Of a DNA stretch of 64,000 bases, positions 38,555 to 49,317 are shown in pieces. Within the stretch, counting starts at the first letter, position 1, and each line of letters opens with the position of its first letter. The DNA is from Vulcanimicrobiota bacterium (lineage in GTDB: Bacteria > Vulcanimicrobiota > Vulcanimicrobiia > Vulcanimicrobiales > Vulcanimicrobiaceae): positions 2,880,001 through 2,944,000 of the forward strand of contig OY968762.1 in the NCBI GenBank assembly GCA_963695225.1, in the 5' to 3' direction. The notes beneath the pieces were generated by a model that was not told the origin of the DNA, searched no databases, and saw only the letters and a program-made list of their open reading frames with translations. A program made the translations under genes and the position numbers.

Positions 38555-39248
38555 GAGCCCGGCCGCGGCGGCCTGGCGAACGTTTCCCGTCCGCGTCGCC
38601 GGCGTGCGCAAGACGTACGCCGGCGCGAACGAGGACGTCCCCGCGCTGGACGGCGTGAGCTTCGAGATCGCGCCGGGCGAGATGGTCGCGCTGATGGGGC
38701 CGAGCGGCTGCGGGAAGAGCACGCTGTTGAACCTGATCGGGTGCGTCGACCTGCCGAGCGCCGGCGACGTCTACCTCGACGGCCGCTCGACGAGCGCGCT
38801 CGACGACGACGCGCTCACGCGACTGCGGCGCGACCGCGTCGGGACGATCTTCCAATTCTTCAATCTGCTCCCGGCGCTGACGGTCGGGGAGAACGTCGGG
38901 TTGCCGCTCGTGCTGCAACGCCGTCCGAACGCCGAGATCGCGGAGCGCGTCGCGGAAGTGCTAGCGGCGGTCGGCATTCCGGAGAAAGCGAACGCCTACC
39001 CCGCGCAGATCTCCGGCGGGCAGATGCAACGCGCCGCGCTGGCGCGCGCGATCGTGCACCGGCCCGCCGTCGTGCTCGCCGACGAGCCGACGGGGAATCT
39101 CGATTCGCACAACGGCGAGAAGGTGCTGCACCTGCTTCGGGAACTGGCCTCGACGGGGCAGACGATCTTGATGGCGACGCACGCGGCGGACGCCGCCGCG
39201 ATCTGCGACCGCACGATCCGCCTGGCGGACGGAAAGATCGTCGGCTAA
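38541..39248 (+). CDS. ABC transporter ATP-binding protein (LolD/MacB type)
   Basis: 'GPSGCGKST', 'IFQFFNLL', 'ISGGQMQR', 'LADEPTGNLD', 'ATH'. Confidence 0.93.
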   Translation: MRMLESPAAAAWRTFPVRVAGVRKTYAGANEDVPALDGVSFEIAPGEMVALMGPSGCGKSTLLNLIGCVDLPSAGDVYLDGRSTSALDDDALTRLRRDRVGTIFQFFNLLPALTVGENVGLPLVLQRRPNAEIAERVAEVLAAVGIPEKANAYPAQISGGQMQRAALARAIVHRPAVVLADEPTGNLDSHNGEKVLHLLRELASTGQTILMATHAADAAAICDRTIRLADGKIVG

Positions 39249-39255
39249 CTCGCTC

Positions 39256-41844
39256 GTGCAAGCTTCGCTCTTCTCGGCGCTCGTGCTCGGGCATCTACGC
39301 TCGAACCGGCTGCGCTCGATCGTCACGCTCGTTGCGGTCGGGCTCGGCGTCGCGATCGCGCTCGCGATCGACCTCGCGAATTCGACCGCGGTGCGCTCGT
39401 TCTCGGCGAGCGTGAACCTCGTCGCGAACCACGTGAACCTGCAGGTGCTCGGAGTGGGGCGCGGCTTCGACGAACGGGCGCTGCTGCGCGTGCAACGCAT
39501 CGGCGGCGTGACGTTCGCGAGCCCGACGATCGAAGATTCCGTCGTGGTCGGCGCGAAACCGGGCGATCCGTTCTCGGGGGAGATCCTGCACGTGCTCGGC
39601 ATCGATCTCCTCCGGCCGCTCCCGCGCGGCGAGGGGGCGGGCGTCGGAACGCCCGGCGAGTACTCGAGCGGGGGCGGTGCGAAGACGATCGGCGCGGCGC
39701 GGATGATCGGCGCCCGAGGCGCGATCGTCTCGGCCCGGATCGCGGAGCGCTTCCACCTCCACGTCGGGGACCGGTTGGCGGCGCTCGCGGGGGATAAGCC
39801 CGTCTCGTTCACGGTCGGGCTGATCCTGCCGGCCGCGGTCGCGGGGATCGATTCGAGCGTCCTGTTCGTCGACATCGTGACGGCGCAGGAAGTCTTCGAT
39901 AAGGTCGGGCGGCTCGATCGCATCGATTGCATCGTCGATCCCGCGCGCCTCGCGGACGTGAAGAAGGCGGTCGCGGCCGCGATCCCGCCCGGCGCTCGCG
40001 CGATCGAGCCGAAGGTCCGCACGAACGAGATCACGCGGATGCTGCGCAGCTTCCAGCTCAATCTCGCGGCGCTCTCGTACATCGCGATGCTGGTCGGGAT
40101 GTATCTGATCTACAACACCGTGGCGATCTCCGTCGTGCAGCGGCGGCCGGACATCGGCACGCTGCGCGCGCTCGGGGCGACGCGCGGCGCGATCTTCCGC
40201 GCGTTCCTCTCCGAGGGCGCGCTGTTCGGCGCCGGCGGCTCGCTGTTCGGGCTCGTGCTGGGCGCCCTGCTCGCGCAACTCTCGGTCGGCGCCGTCGCGC
40301 GAACCGTCGATACGATGTACGTCGGGACGCACGCGGACCGCGTGATCTACGATCCGCTCGTGCTGCTCAAGGCGTTCCTCGTGGGCTTCATGCTGGCCGT
40401 GATCTCGGCGCTCGTGCCGGCGTTGGAGGCGGCCTCGACGGCGCCCGCGCTCACGATGCGTTCGAGCGGCTTCGAAGGGCGCGTCGCGCGGCCGGGGGTC
40501 GGGCTCGCGTTCGCGGGTGCGGCGTGCCTGGCGGCCGCGTACGGGCTGACGTTCCTGCCGGCGATCGATGCGATCCCGGTCTTCGGGTATGCGGCGGGGC
40601 TCCTGATCATCTTCGGCGGATCGCTGCTCGTGCCGATCGCCGTCGTCGGGCTCTCCGGCGCCGCGCGCGCGATCGCGCCGCGCCTCTCGCCCGCGAGCCG
40701 GCTCGCGGCGGTGAACCTTGGCTCGTCGCTGCGGCGCACGAGCGTCGCGGTCGCCTCGCTGATGGTCGCGATCGCGATGATGGTCAGCGTCGCGATCTTG
40801 ATCGGATCCTTCCGGACGACGGTCGTCGCCTGGGCGGACGAAACGCTCCGCGCGGATCTGTTCGTGCGCCCGCTCGGCCTGCAGGATGCATCGTACGATG
40901 CGCGTTTCTCGCCGGCGATGGCCGCTCGCGTTCGCGCCGTCCCCGGCGTCGCGGCGGTCGATACGTTTCGCGCTATTTCGATTCCGTTCCGCGGATCGCT
41001 CACGACGCTCGGCGCCGCCGATTTCTCGACGATCGCCGAGCGGAACAAGCTGCGCTTTCTCGGGAACGTGGATACGCGGGCGCTCGCGAAGAAGATGCCG
41101 GGGACGCTCGATTGCGTGATCAGCGAACCGTTCTCCACGCGCTTCGGCGTCAAGCCGGGGGACGATATCCCGATCGATACGCCTTCGGGGCGCGTGCGGC
41201 TGCACGCGGTAGCGCTCTACAACGACTACTCGAGCGACGCCGGGGTGATGATCGTGGACAAGCGTACCTTCGCCCGGCTCTTTCGCGACGATTCGGTGAA
41301 CTCGCTCGCGATCTACGCGGCGCCGGGCGCCGATCTCGCCGATGTGCGCTCGCGCGTGATCCGCGCCGTGTTGCCCGAACGGATCGACGTGCAGACGACG
41401 CGCGAATTGCGCGCGCTCGTGATCTCGATCTTCAACCGGACGTTCGCGATCACGTACGCGCTCTACATCATCTCGATCGCGATCGCGGTGCTGGGCGTCG
41501 TGAGCACGCTGTTCGCGCTCGTGCTCGAGCGCAAGCGCGAGATCGGGCTGATGCGCTATCTCGGGCTTTCGCTCGGGGACGTGCGCCGCATGGTCTTCTA
41601 CGAGGCCGGGTACATCGGGTTTCTCGGCGGCGCGAGCGGCGTCGTCGTGGGGATCCTGCTCGCGCTGCTGCTGATCTACGTGATCAATCGCCAGGCCTTC
41701 GGCTGGCTGATCGAACTCCACATGCCGTACGATTTTCTGGCGGAGGCGCTCGTGCTCGTCGTCGTCGCCGCCGTGTTGGCGGGCATCTATCCGGCGCAAG
41801 TCGCCGCGCGCATCCGCACGGCGGAAGCGGTGCGAACCGAATGA
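39256..41844 (+). CDS. ABC transporter permease, duplicated FtsX/MacB type
   Basis: Two repeats of 'VVQRR.DIGTLRALGA' / 'VLERKREIGLMRYLG' with large extracellular loops. Confidence 0.9.
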   Translation: MQASLFSALVLGHLRSNRLRSIVTLVAVGLGVAIALAIDLANSTAVRSFSASVNLVANHVNLQVLGVGRGFDERALLRVQRIGGVTFASPTIEDSVVVGAKPGDPFSGEILHVLGIDLLRPLPRGEGAGVGTPGEYSSGGGAKTIGAARMIGARGAIVSARIAERFHLHVGDRLAALAGDKPVSFTVGLILPAAVAGIDSSVLFVDIVTAQEVFDKVGRLDRIDCIVDPARLADVKKAVAAAIPPGARAIEPKVRTNEITRMLRSFQLNLAALSYIAMLVGMYLIYNTVAISVVQRRPDIGTLRALGATRGAIFRAFLSEGALFGAGGSLFGLVLGALLAQLSVGAVARTVDTMYVGTHADRVIYDPLVLLKAFLVGFMLAVISALVPALEAASTAPALTMRSSGFEGRVARPGVGLAFAGAACLAAAYGLTFLPAIDAIPVFGYAAGLLIIFGGSLLVPIAVVGLSGAARAIAPRLSPASRLAAVNLGSSLRRTSVAVASLMVAIAMMVSVAILIGSFRTTVVAWADETLRADLFVRPLGLQDASYDARFSPAMAARVRAVPGVAAVDTFRAISIPFRGSLTTLGAADFSTIAERNKLRFLGNVDTRALAKKMPGTLDCVISEPFSTRFGVKPGDDIPIDTPSGRVRLHAVALYNDYSSDAGVMIVDKRTFARLFRDDSVNSLAIYAAPGADLADVRSRVIRAVLPERIDVQTTRELRALVISIFNRTFAITYALYIISIAIAVLGVVSTLFALVLERKREIGLMRYLGLSLGDVRRMVFYEAGYIGFLGGASGVVVGILLALLLIYVINRQAFGWLIELHMPYDFLAEALVLVVVAAVLAGIYPAQVAARIRTAEAVRTE

Positions 41845-43025
41845 GCCTCTTGCGACGGATACGGCTTGCACTCGCGTGCGCGATCGTGCTGTGCGGAGCG
41901 CTCGTTTGGCTCGTCGCGAGTCCGGCTGCGGCCGCACCGGCCGGGCAGCCGCGCACGCCGAGCGGGTTCGCTTCGGCCGGGGCGCCGTACGCGTTCGCGT
42001 TTCCGCGCGATCACGGCGCGCATCCGGCGTATCAAAGCGAGTGGTGGTACTATACGGGGCACCTGCGCGCGCAGGACGGGCGGCGCTTCGGGTACGAGCT
42101 GACGTTCTTTCGGGCGGGGCTCGCGCCGGGCGAGGGCGCGCCCGCAGCGGGGCAGAGCCGCTGGCGCGGCAATCAAGTGTATCCGGCGCATTTCGCGCTG
42201 ACCGATGAAGCGGGCCGGCGCTTCTTTCATGCGGAGCGTTTCGCGCGGGCGGCGCTCGGGCAAGGTTCTGCGGCGGAAGGGCGCCTCGACGTGCGCGTGG
42301 AGGATTGGAGCCTCGTCGGAAACATGCAGCCGAATCCCGCGCTCGAGCGGATGGCGATGCACGCGAGCGACGGGGCGGGGAGCGACCGCATCGCGATCGA
42401 TCTCGTCCAGGTGCCGCTCAAACCGCCGGCGATCCACGGGCACGACGGCATCTCGCGCAAGGCCGCGTGCGCGACGTGCGCCTCGCACTATTACTCGTAC
42501 ACCCGCTTGCGGACGACCGGGACGCTCACGTACGGCGGCATGCAGCTCGAGGTCGAGGGCATCTCGTGGATGGACCACGAGTTCGGCTCCGACGAGTTGC
42601 AGAGCGATCAGGTCGGCTGGGATTGGTTTTCGATCCAGCTCGACGACGGCCGCGAGTTGATGCTCTATCTCTTGCGGCAGAAGGGCGGCGGCATCACGCC
42701 GCAATCGAGCGGGAGCCTCATCGAGCGCGGCGGGCGCGTGCGCTACCTTCCGCAGGCCTCGTTCGCGATCGAGGCGACCGGCTCGTGGACGAGCCCGCAC
42801 ACGAACGGCCGCTATCCGAGCGGCTGGCGCGTGCGCATTCCCGGCGAACGCATCGATCTCGTCCTCGCCCCGACGCTCGCCGATCAGGAGTTGGCGAACA
42901 CGAACGCCGGCAGCATCTCGTATTGGGAGGGCGCCGTCGACGTGCGCGACGCGGCGGCTCCAAACCGAACGCTCGGCGCCGGCTACGTCGAGCTAACGGG
43001 ATACGCCGGCGCGATCTCGCTCTAG
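41841..43025 (+). CDS. AttH/CrtC-like lipocalin-domain secreted protein
   Basis: 'FAFPRDHGAHP.Y.SEWWYYTG', 'SHYYSYTRL', 'SWMDHEF', 'GWDWFSIQL', 'YWEG', 'GYVELTGY'. Confidence 0.88.
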   Translation: MSLLRRIRLALACAIVLCGALVWLVASPAAAAPAGQPRTPSGFASAGAPYAFAFPRDHGAHPAYQSEWWYYTGHLRAQDGRRFGYELTFFRAGLAPGEGAPAAGQSRWRGNQVYPAHFALTDEAGRRFFHAERFARAALGQGSAAEGRLDVRVEDWSLVGNMQPNPALERMAMHASDGAGSDRIAIDLVQVPLKPPAIHGHDGISRKAACATCASHYYSYTRLRTTGTLTYGGMQLEVEGISWMDHEFGSDELQSDQVGWDWFSIQLDDGRELMLYLLRQKGGGITPQSSGSLIERGGRVRYLPQASFAIEATGSWTSPHTNGRYPSGWRVRIPGERIDLVLAPTLADQELANTNAGSISYWEGAVDVRDAAAPNRTLGAGYVELTGYAGAISL

Positions 43026-43465
43026 TACACCATCGGGATGAAGCGCTTCGTGCGGAGCGCGTACGCTTCGTACGTCGGATAGCGCTTCGCGAGGCGGCGC
43101 TCTTCGTCGCGAGCCTTCGCGTCGAGCATGAGCGCCAATGCGGCGGCGAGGGCGAAGCGGCTCCAACTCTGCGTCACGCCGGCGAAGCCGAAGGCGGTTA
43201 GGAGGAGCCCGCTATAGATCGGATGGCGGACCAAACGGTACCACCCGCGCTCGACGTGCTCGCTCCCTTCCGTAGGCTCGGGGAGCGCGCTGAGCGAGGG
43301 GCCGAGGTTCGCGGCCGCGGTCAGGAACACGAACGCGCCCGCCGCCAATACCGGCAGCGCGGGGCTCCGCCCGTCGAACGGCCGCCCCGGCGCGAGCGCG
43401 ATCGCGGCCAAGAAGGCTCCCTGCCCCGCGACCCACAACCCGCCCCGCGCGACGAACGTCTTCAT
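43022..43465 (-). CDS. Isoprenylcysteine carboxyl methyltransferase family (PEMT/ICMT) membrane protein
   Basis: 'GWYRLVRHPIYSG', 'KARDEERRL..RYPTYEAY...TKRFIP'. Confidence 0.85.
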   Translation of the reverse strand: MKTFVARGGLWVAGQGAFLAAIALAPGRPFDGRSPALPVLAAGAFVFLTAAANLGPSLSALPEPTEGSEHVERGWYRLVRHPIYSGLLLTAFGFAGVTQSWSRFALAAALALMLDAKARDEERRLAKRYPTYEAYALRTKRFIPMVY

Positions 43466-43499
43466 CGGGGCTAGTGTTTGGCGCCGCGTTGCCGGGCGC

Positions 43500-43751
43500 C
43501 TAGATTTGCTCTACGCGCTCGACTTCGGGGCAGCGTTCGCGGACGATCCGCTCGATCGCGTGCTTGAGCGTCGCGTTCGCTGCGGCGCAGCCGCCGCAGG
43601 CTCCGAGCATCTGCACGTAGGCGACGCCGTCGTCGATGCGGATCAGCCAGACGTCCCCGCCGTCCGCTTGGATGCCCGGGCGCACTTCGTCGAGCGCCGC
43701 GTTGACGCGAAGGAAGAGGGGGCCGGCCGCATCGATCATCTTCCACTTCAA
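43500..43751 (-). CDS. NifU/NfuA-like Fe-S carrier domain protein
   Basis: 'LDEVRPGIQADGGDV', 'GACGGC', 'TLKHAIE'; start at 43751 or 43739. Confidence 0.9.
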   Translation of the reverse strand: MKWKMIDAAGPLFLRVNAALDEVRPGIQADGGDVWLIRIDDGVAYVQMLGACGGCAAANATLKHAIERIVRERCPEVERVEQI

Positions 43752-43800
43752 CCTCGCCCGATGCAGCCGCGTTGCGAGACCGGGGTGACATCGGAGCGGG

Positions 43801-44715
43801 CTAGGGGGGCTTGGGGTAGAGGGGGATGAGGTAAGCGGCGAGGGCCAAGGTTGCGGTGACGAGGTAGAAGGCGACGCCGCGGAAGGCGATCGCGGCGTCG
43901 CCGGAGGCGTCGGCGGGGCGCCGCCAGAGCGATATCCCGAGCCAGGCCGCCAACGGGAGGACGGCGAGCCCGGCCAGGGCCAGCGTCGCGGGTGCGCCTG
44001 CCGCGAGCGCGAGCGCGCCGCCGAGCGGGACCAGCGCGAATGCGACCAGCGCGAGCACCGCGGCCGGGCGCCGGCCCAGAAGGACGACGAGGTTGCGTTT
44101 CCCGGTGGCGGCGTCGGCTTCGACGTCGGGCGTCTCGACGGCCAGCATCATCGCGAACATCGCAGCCGCCGCAGGGAGCGTGCTCGCCGGCGCGAGTTCG
44201 TCGAGCGCGCCTCGTTGGGCGGCGTAGGCGCAGAGCGGGACGAGCACGCCGACCACGAGCGTCGTATCGAGTTCGCCGAGCCCGCGTGCCAGCAACCGCA
44301 GCGGAGGGGCGGAGTAGAACCACGCGAGAGCGCCGATCGCGAAAGCCAGCGCCGCGGACGTTTCGAACCCGGCGAACCACAACGCGACGACCCCGCCGGC
44401 GCCGAGCGCCGCGCAAACGGACGCCGCGATCAGCGCGACGCGCGGTTCGAGCGAACCGTCGACGAGCACTCCGCTCCCCCCTGAGAAGCGCGTGCGCCGC
44501 GCCAGCGCGTCGCTCTCGCGGTCGTAGTAGTCGTTCGCGTAATGCGTCATCAGGTGGAAGATCGAGATCGTTCCCTGCGCGAGCGCGAACGCGCCCCAGT
44601 CGATGCGGCTTCCTTCGTACGCCGCGATCGCCGTCCCGAACGCGCCGGCGAGCAAGCCCCCGGCGAGGAACTTCAGGCGGGAGAGACGCACGAAGGCCGC
44701 GATACGCGAGGGCAC
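43801..44715 (-). CDS. UbiA-family prenyltransferase (MenA-like)
   Basis: 'HYANDYYD', 'FSGGSG', 'YSAPPLRL..RGLGE', 'PDVEAD...GKRNLVV.LG'; start uncertain. Confidence 0.85.
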   Translation of the reverse strand: MPSRIAAFVRLSRLKFLAGGLLAGAFGTAIAAYEGSRIDWGAFALAQGTISIFHLMTHYANDYYDRESDALARRTRFSGGSGVLVDGSLEPRVALIAASVCAALGAGGVVALWFAGFETSAALAFAIGALAWFYSAPPLRLLARGLGELDTTLVVGVLVPLCAYAAQRGALDELAPASTLPAAAAMFAMMLAVETPDVEADAATGKRNLVVLLGRRPAAVLALVAFALVPLGGALALAAGAPATLALAGLAVLPLAAWLGISLWRRPADASGDAAIAFRGVAFYLVTATLALAAYLIPLYPKPP

Positions 44716-44773
44716 CTCCCGGCGATTCTGAAGTGCCGGAGGACCCTCCCCGTGGACGGCGCATTCGTCCGGC

Positions 44774-45577
44774 ATGCCCAAGGAACGGCGCAGGACCGAA
44801 TTCGGTAAGCCGACGGTGCAATCGATCGACCGCGCGCTGGACATCCTGGAGGCGCTCGCTTCGCGACGCAGTCCGACGGGGATCAGCGAACTCGCGCACC
44901 AGGTCGATCTCCACGTGAGCACCGTCCATCGCCTCTTGACGACGCTCGTCGATCGCGGCTACGTCCGCCAGGATCCGGAGACGTCGCGCTATCACTTGGC
45001 GGCGCGCATCTTCTCGCTCTCGAACGCCGCCGACATGCAACTCGATTTACGGCTCGTCGCGCATCCGTATCTCGAGATGTTGATGCGCAAAGTCGGCGAG
45101 ACGGCGAATCTCGTCACGGCCGGGCCCGATCACGTGATCTATCTCGATCAGGTCGAGAGCATGCATCTCGTGAAGATGTTCACGGCTCCGGGTATGCGCG
45201 CGCCGCTCTATTGCACGGGGACGGGGAAAGCGATCCTCGCGTTCCGTTCGCCCCAGCAGCAGGAAACGGTGCTCGACGGTCCGCTCCCGCGCCACACGCA
45301 GCACACGCTGGCGACGCGCGCCGATCTCGAACGCGAACTGAGCGCGATCCACGCGCGCGGCTACGCGATCGATAACGAAGAGATGGAAGAAGGCGTGCGC
45401 TGCCTCGCCGTCCCCGTCTTCGATCGCCGCAACGAGGTCGTCGGCGCGATCTCGGTCTCGGGGCCGACCTCGCGCATGACGGTCGAGCGCGTCGAAGGAT
45501 TCGTCCCGCTCGTCCGTTCGATCGCCGGCCAATTGAGCCGGCAACTCGGATACGAGAGCGCCGAAGCTCTCGTCTGA
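44774..45577 (+). CDS. IclR-family transcriptional regulator
   Basis: 'VQSIDRALDILE', 'STVHRLLTTL', 'GETANL', 'PLYCTGTGKA', 'GYAIDNEE', 'AISVSGP'. Confidence 0.95.
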   Translation: MPKERRRTEFGKPTVQSIDRALDILEALASRRSPTGISELAHQVDLHVSTVHRLLTTLVDRGYVRQDPETSRYHLAARIFSLSNAADMQLDLRLVAHPYLEMLMRKVGETANLVTAGPDHVIYLDQVESMHLVKMFTAPGMRAPLYCTGTGKAILAFRSPQQQETVLDGPLPRHTQHTLATRADLERELSAIHARGYAIDNEEMEEGVRCLAVPVFDRRNEVVGAISVSGPTSRMTVERVEGFVPLVRSIAGQLSRQLGYESAEALV

Positions 45578-45616
45578 AGCGTTCGCGAGCCGCCTAGCGG
45601 CCGCGGAGCGCGCCGC

Positions 45617-46924
45617 CTACCAGTAGCGGAGCGCTCCGCGGAAAAGCTCTTCGAGTTCCGGCTCGGCGACGGGGAGCGGCGCGTTCGCGAGCAGGCGGCG
45701 CTGCGGCGCCGCGCCGTCGCGCAGCGCGGGGACGTCCGCCTCCCCGAAGCCGACCGCACCGACGCCGCCCGGCATCGCCGTCGCGCGCATCAGGGTCTCG
45801 ATGCGCCGCGCCAGCACCTCGCCCGCATCGTCCGGCGCCGCGCCGCGAACGTCCGCGCCGAGGAGTTCGGCCGCGCGCAGGTGCCGCTCCGGGTTCGCCC
45901 GCGCCGTGAAGCGCACGACCGCGGGCGTGTTGACGATGACGGCCATCCCGTGCGGCACGATCGGCTCCTCCCCCGGATACTCCGGGGCGTGATACTCGCG
46001 CACGAGGCCGGCGACCGCGTACGACATCGCGTGCGGGACGTGCACGCCCGCGTTGCCGAAGCCGATCCCGGCGAGCGTCGCCGCGTACATCATCCGTTCG
46101 CGCGCCGCGAAATCGAGCGGATCGTTCACCGCGCGCACGATCGATTCGCCGAGGATGCGCAGCGCTTCGATGCACGCGAGATCGCTGAACGGGTTCGCGC
46201 CCTGCGACATCGGGCGCGCGGCCGGATTCGCGGGGCGCGCCCGCTGCGTGAACGGAAGCGCCGTATAGCTCTCGAGCGCGTGGCTGAGCACGTCGAAGCC
46301 GCTGCAGGCGACGACGGTCTTCGGCAAGCTCGCCGTGCAATCCGGATCGATGACGCCGAGCGTCGGGCGCAGGCGGCGCGAGGCGATCCCCGTCTTCACG
46401 CCGCGTTCGAGCAAGTCGAAGATCGCGATCCCCGTGACCTCGCTGCCCGTTCCGGACGTCGTGGGGCACGCGATGTGCGGGCGCAACGGGCCCGGGATGG
46501 GTTCGCCCCGGCCGATCGGCGCGTTGACGTAGGCCAGGAAATCGGCCGGATAGGTCGCGTACAGGTTCGCCGCCTTCGCCGTGTCGATCACCGACCCGCC
46601 GCCGACCGAGACGAAGCCGTCGATTCCGGCATCTCGCGCGAAGGCCGTCGCGGCCGCGAACGAAGCGTCCGTCGGTTCGACCCGCACTTCGTCGTAAAGC
46701 GCGACGTCCAGGTCCGCGGCGCGCAGCGAGGCCGTCACCGCCGCCGCCGGCTCCAGGCGGGCGAGCCGGGCGTCCGTGAAGAGCGCAACCCGGCGCATCC
46801 CGAGCGCGCGTGCCTCGGCCCCGACCTCCGCCAGGACCCCGCTTCCGTACTTGATTCGCGACGTATCGACTTCGAACGCCCGGTCCCCGGCGTCCGTGAA
46901 GGCATAGCCGTGGCAACAAACCAT
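45617..46924 (-). CDS. Hydroxyacid-oxoacid transhydrogenase (Fe-ADH family)
   Basis: 'MVCCH', 'VEPTDASF', '[16 protein letters not shown]', 'YVNAPIG', 'PTTSGTGSE', 'HALESYT', '[13 protein letters not shown]', 'PHG'. Confidence 0.9.
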   Translation of the reverse strand: MVCCHGYAFTDAGDRAFEVDTSRIKYGSGVLAEVGAEARALGMRRVALFTDARLARLEPAAAVTASLRAADLDVALYDEVRVEPTDASFAAATAFARDAGIDGFVSVGGGSVIDTAKAANLYATYPADFLAYVNAPIGRGEPIPGPLRPHIACPTTSGTGSEVTGIAIFDLLERGVKTGIASRRLRPTLGVIDPDCTASLPKTVVACSGFDVLSHALESYTALPFTQRARPANPAARPMSQGANPFSDLACIEALRILGESIVRAVNDPLDFAARERMMYAATLAGIGFGNAGVHVPHAMSYAVAGLVREYHAPEYPGEEPIVPHGMAVIVNTPAVVRFTARANPERHLRAAELLGADVRGAAPDDAGEVLARRIETLMRATAMPGGVGAVGFGEADVPALRDGAAPQRRLLANAPLPVAEPELEELFRGALRYW

Positions 46925-47008
46925 CCCGCCTGTTGCCCCTCGCACTCCCGCGAATCCTCGCGGCGAACAGAGGGGTCGGCCCGCGGAAGCGGCAAGAAGC
47001 GGGCAACC

Positions 47009-48595
47009 ATGCTGCTCGGCGCGATCGATATCGGGACCAACTCGATCCACCTGATCGTCGTCGAGCTCGATCCGCGTTTCGGGACGTCGCGGACGATCTT
47101 GAAGGCGCGAGAGATGGTCCGCCTCGGCGCGGGCGATGCGCTCGCGAAAGGGTATCTCGGGCGCAAGGCGATCGAGCGCGGCGTCGCGGCGATCGCGCGC
47201 TTCGCCGACGAGGCCCGCAAGGCGGGGGCGGTCGAGATCCGGGCCGTCGCGACCTCGGCCGTCCGTGAGGCGAAGAACCGCGGCGAGTTCGTCTCCGCGG
47301 TGCGCAGCGCTTGCGGCGTGAAGGTCGAGGTCCTCTCCGATCTCGACGAAGCGCGGTTGATCCACCTAGGCGTCAGCCGCGGGTTCCAAATCCCCGAGGG
47401 CGGCGTCTGCATCGTCGATATCGGCGGCGGGTCGACGGAGCTGATCGTCGCCGACGAGGCGCGCCCGTACTTCCTGCACAGCGTGAAGCTCGGCAGCCTG
47501 CGGCTCTACGAAGAGTACCTGCGCGACGGCAAGAGCTCGGGGTATAGCGCGATGCGCAAGCGCGTCGCCGCGGCGCTCGACCCGCTCGCCGAACAGCTCG
47601 CGGAGTTCCAGTTCGAGACGGTCATCGGGACTTCGGGGACGATCATGGGGCTCGCTACGCTCGACGCGGCGCGCGCCGGGACGCCGGTCGAGCGGACGCA
47701 CGGCTACCACCTCAAGCTCGACCGCCTGCGCAAGCTCCAGGCGCAGATGCTCCGCATGGCGCCCGACGAGAGGCGGAAGATGCCGGGGATGAATCCGCGC
47801 CGCAGCGACATCATCGTCGCCGGGAACGCGATCCTCATGGAAACGCTCGAGGTCCTGGGGCGCGACGAGATCGTCGTTTGCGAGCGGGCGCTGAGGGAGG
47901 GGATCGTCGTCGATTTTCTCGAGCGCAACGTCGCGATCGCGCGCCGGCTCGGCGACGAGCGGACGCGCCGCTTCGACGCGATCCACGCGTTCGGGCGGCG
48001 CTTCGGGCACGACGGCGTGCACGAGTCGCACGTGGCGAACCTCGCGCTCCAGCTCTTCGATCAGTTGCGCGAGGTGCACGCGCTGGAGCCGGCCGAGCGC
48101 GATCTCCTGTTCGCGGCGGCGCTGCTGCACGATATCGGGCGTTCGATCAACGAGAGCAGCCACCACAAACACGGGGCGTACATCGTCCGCAACGCGTCGC
48201 TCGAAGGCTGGCGCGCCGACGAGATCGAGGCGATCGCGGTGCTCGTGCGCTATCACCGGCGCTCGCTTCCCAAGGCGACGCACCCGGAGTTCAGCGCCGC
48301 CGATGCGGCGCGCCGCAGGAAGATCGGGATCCTCGGCGGCATCCTGCGGATTGCCGACGGGTTGGATTCCAGGCACCTCGGGATCGTCTCCGGCGTCGAC
48401 GTCAGCGCGTTCGGCGCGCGGCTGGAAATCGTCGCTTCCGCCGAGCAAGACGTGAGCGCGGAGGTGGCGAGCGCGCTCTACAAATCCGACATGCTGGCGC
48501 GGGCGCTCGGCATGCCGATCTCGATTCGCAGCACGGAAGCTGCGTTCGAGCGCGAAAGCGCCGGCGAGCGCGACCGAGTCGCGACGATAGGGTGA
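47009..48595 (+). CDS. ppx: Ppx/GppA exopolyphosphatase with HD domain
   Basis: '[11 protein letters not shown]', 'ATSAVREA.N', 'EARLI', 'DIGGGSTE', 'ALREG', 'LLHDIG', 'HHKH'. Confidence 0.93.
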   Translation: MLLGAIDIGTNSIHLIVVELDPRFGTSRTILKAREMVRLGAGDALAKGYLGRKAIERGVAAIARFADEARKAGAVEIRAVATSAVREAKNRGEFVSAVRSACGVKVEVLSDLDEARLIHLGVSRGFQIPEGGVCIVDIGGGSTELIVADEARPYFLHSVKLGSLRLYEEYLRDGKSSGYSAMRKRVAAALDPLAEQLAEFQFETVIGTSGTIMGLATLDAARAGTPVERTHGYHLKLDRLRKLQAQMLRMAPDERRKMPGMNPRRSDIIVAGNAILMETLEVLGRDEIVVCERALREGIVVDFLERNVAIARRLGDERTRRFDAIHAFGRRFGHDGVHESHVANLALQLFDQLREVHALEPAERDLLFAAALLHDIGRSINESSHHKHGAYIVRNASLEGWRADEIEAIAVLVRYHRRSLPKATHPEFSAADAARRRKIGILGGILRIADGLDSRHLGIVSGVDVSAFGARLEIVASAEQDVSAEVASALYKSDMLARALGMPISIRSTEAAFERESAGERDRVATIG

Positions 48596-48596
48596 G

Positions 48597-49307
48597 ATGA
48601 TAGAGCAGCAGGGGAACATCGGGGGCGCCAAGCGGATCCTCGTCGTCGACGACGAGTCCGCGATCTTGCAGACGCTCCGCTTCAATCTCGAACGCAGCGG
48701 CTACGAAGTCGTGACGGCCGGCGACGGCCGTTCCGCCGTTTCGCTCGCGCTGCGCGAGCAGCCCGACCTCGTGATACTCGACATCATGCTGCCGCTGCTC
48801 GACGGGGTCGACGCGTGCCGGGAGATTCGCAAGAGCAGCGACGTCCCGATCATGATGCTGACTGCGAAGGATCAGGAGATCGACAAGGTCCTCGCGCTCG
48901 AGATGGGCGCGGACGACTACATGACGAAACCCTTCTCGCTGCACGAGTTTCTCGCGCGCGTGAAGGCGCGGCTGCGCCGGCGCCGTTCGAAGGACGAATC
49001 CACGTCGGAGGTTCTCGAGGCGTCGGGGATCGTGCTCGACCCCGCGCGCCACTCGCTGACCGTCCGTGGACGGGACGTCGCGCTCGCTCCGAAGGAGTTC
49101 AGCCTGCTCCACGTTCTCATGGAGAACCGCGGGCGCGTCGTCACGCGCCAGATGCTGCTCGACAAAGTCTGGGGCTACGATTTCGACGGGGAGCATCAGA
49201 CCGTCAGCGTTCACGTCCGCTGGTTGCGCGAGAAGATCGAAGTCGATGCAAACAATCCGCGGCACATCGTGACCGTGCGCAGCCGCGGTTACATGTTCAA
49301 AGAGTGA
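48597..49307 (+). CDS. phoB: OmpR/PhoB-family response regulator
   Basis: 'ILVVDDE', 'LDIMLP', 'GADDYMTKPF', 'KEFSLL', 'TVSVHVRWLREKIE'; ppx/pst context. Confidence 0.85.
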   Translation: MIEQQGNIGGAKRILVVDDESAILQTLRFNLERSGYEVVTAGDGRSAVSLALREQPDLVILDIMLPLLDGVDACREIRKSSDVPIMMLTAKDQEIDKVLALEMGADDYMTKPFSLHEFLARVKARLRRRRSKDESTSEVLEASGIVLDPARHSLTVRGRDVALAPKEFSLLHVLMENRGRVVTRQMLLDKVWGYDFDGEHQTVSVHVRWLREKIEVDANNPRHIVTVRSRGYMFKE

Positions 49308-49317
49308 GCGGCACGCC

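Noticed and set aside
39295..41937. Long antisense and off-frame ORFs (880 aa here; also 24846-27380, 16957-19053, 12130-14130 and others)
   Set aside because: Arg/Ala/Pro-rich shadows of real genes, expected in high-GC DNA; no recognisable motifs.
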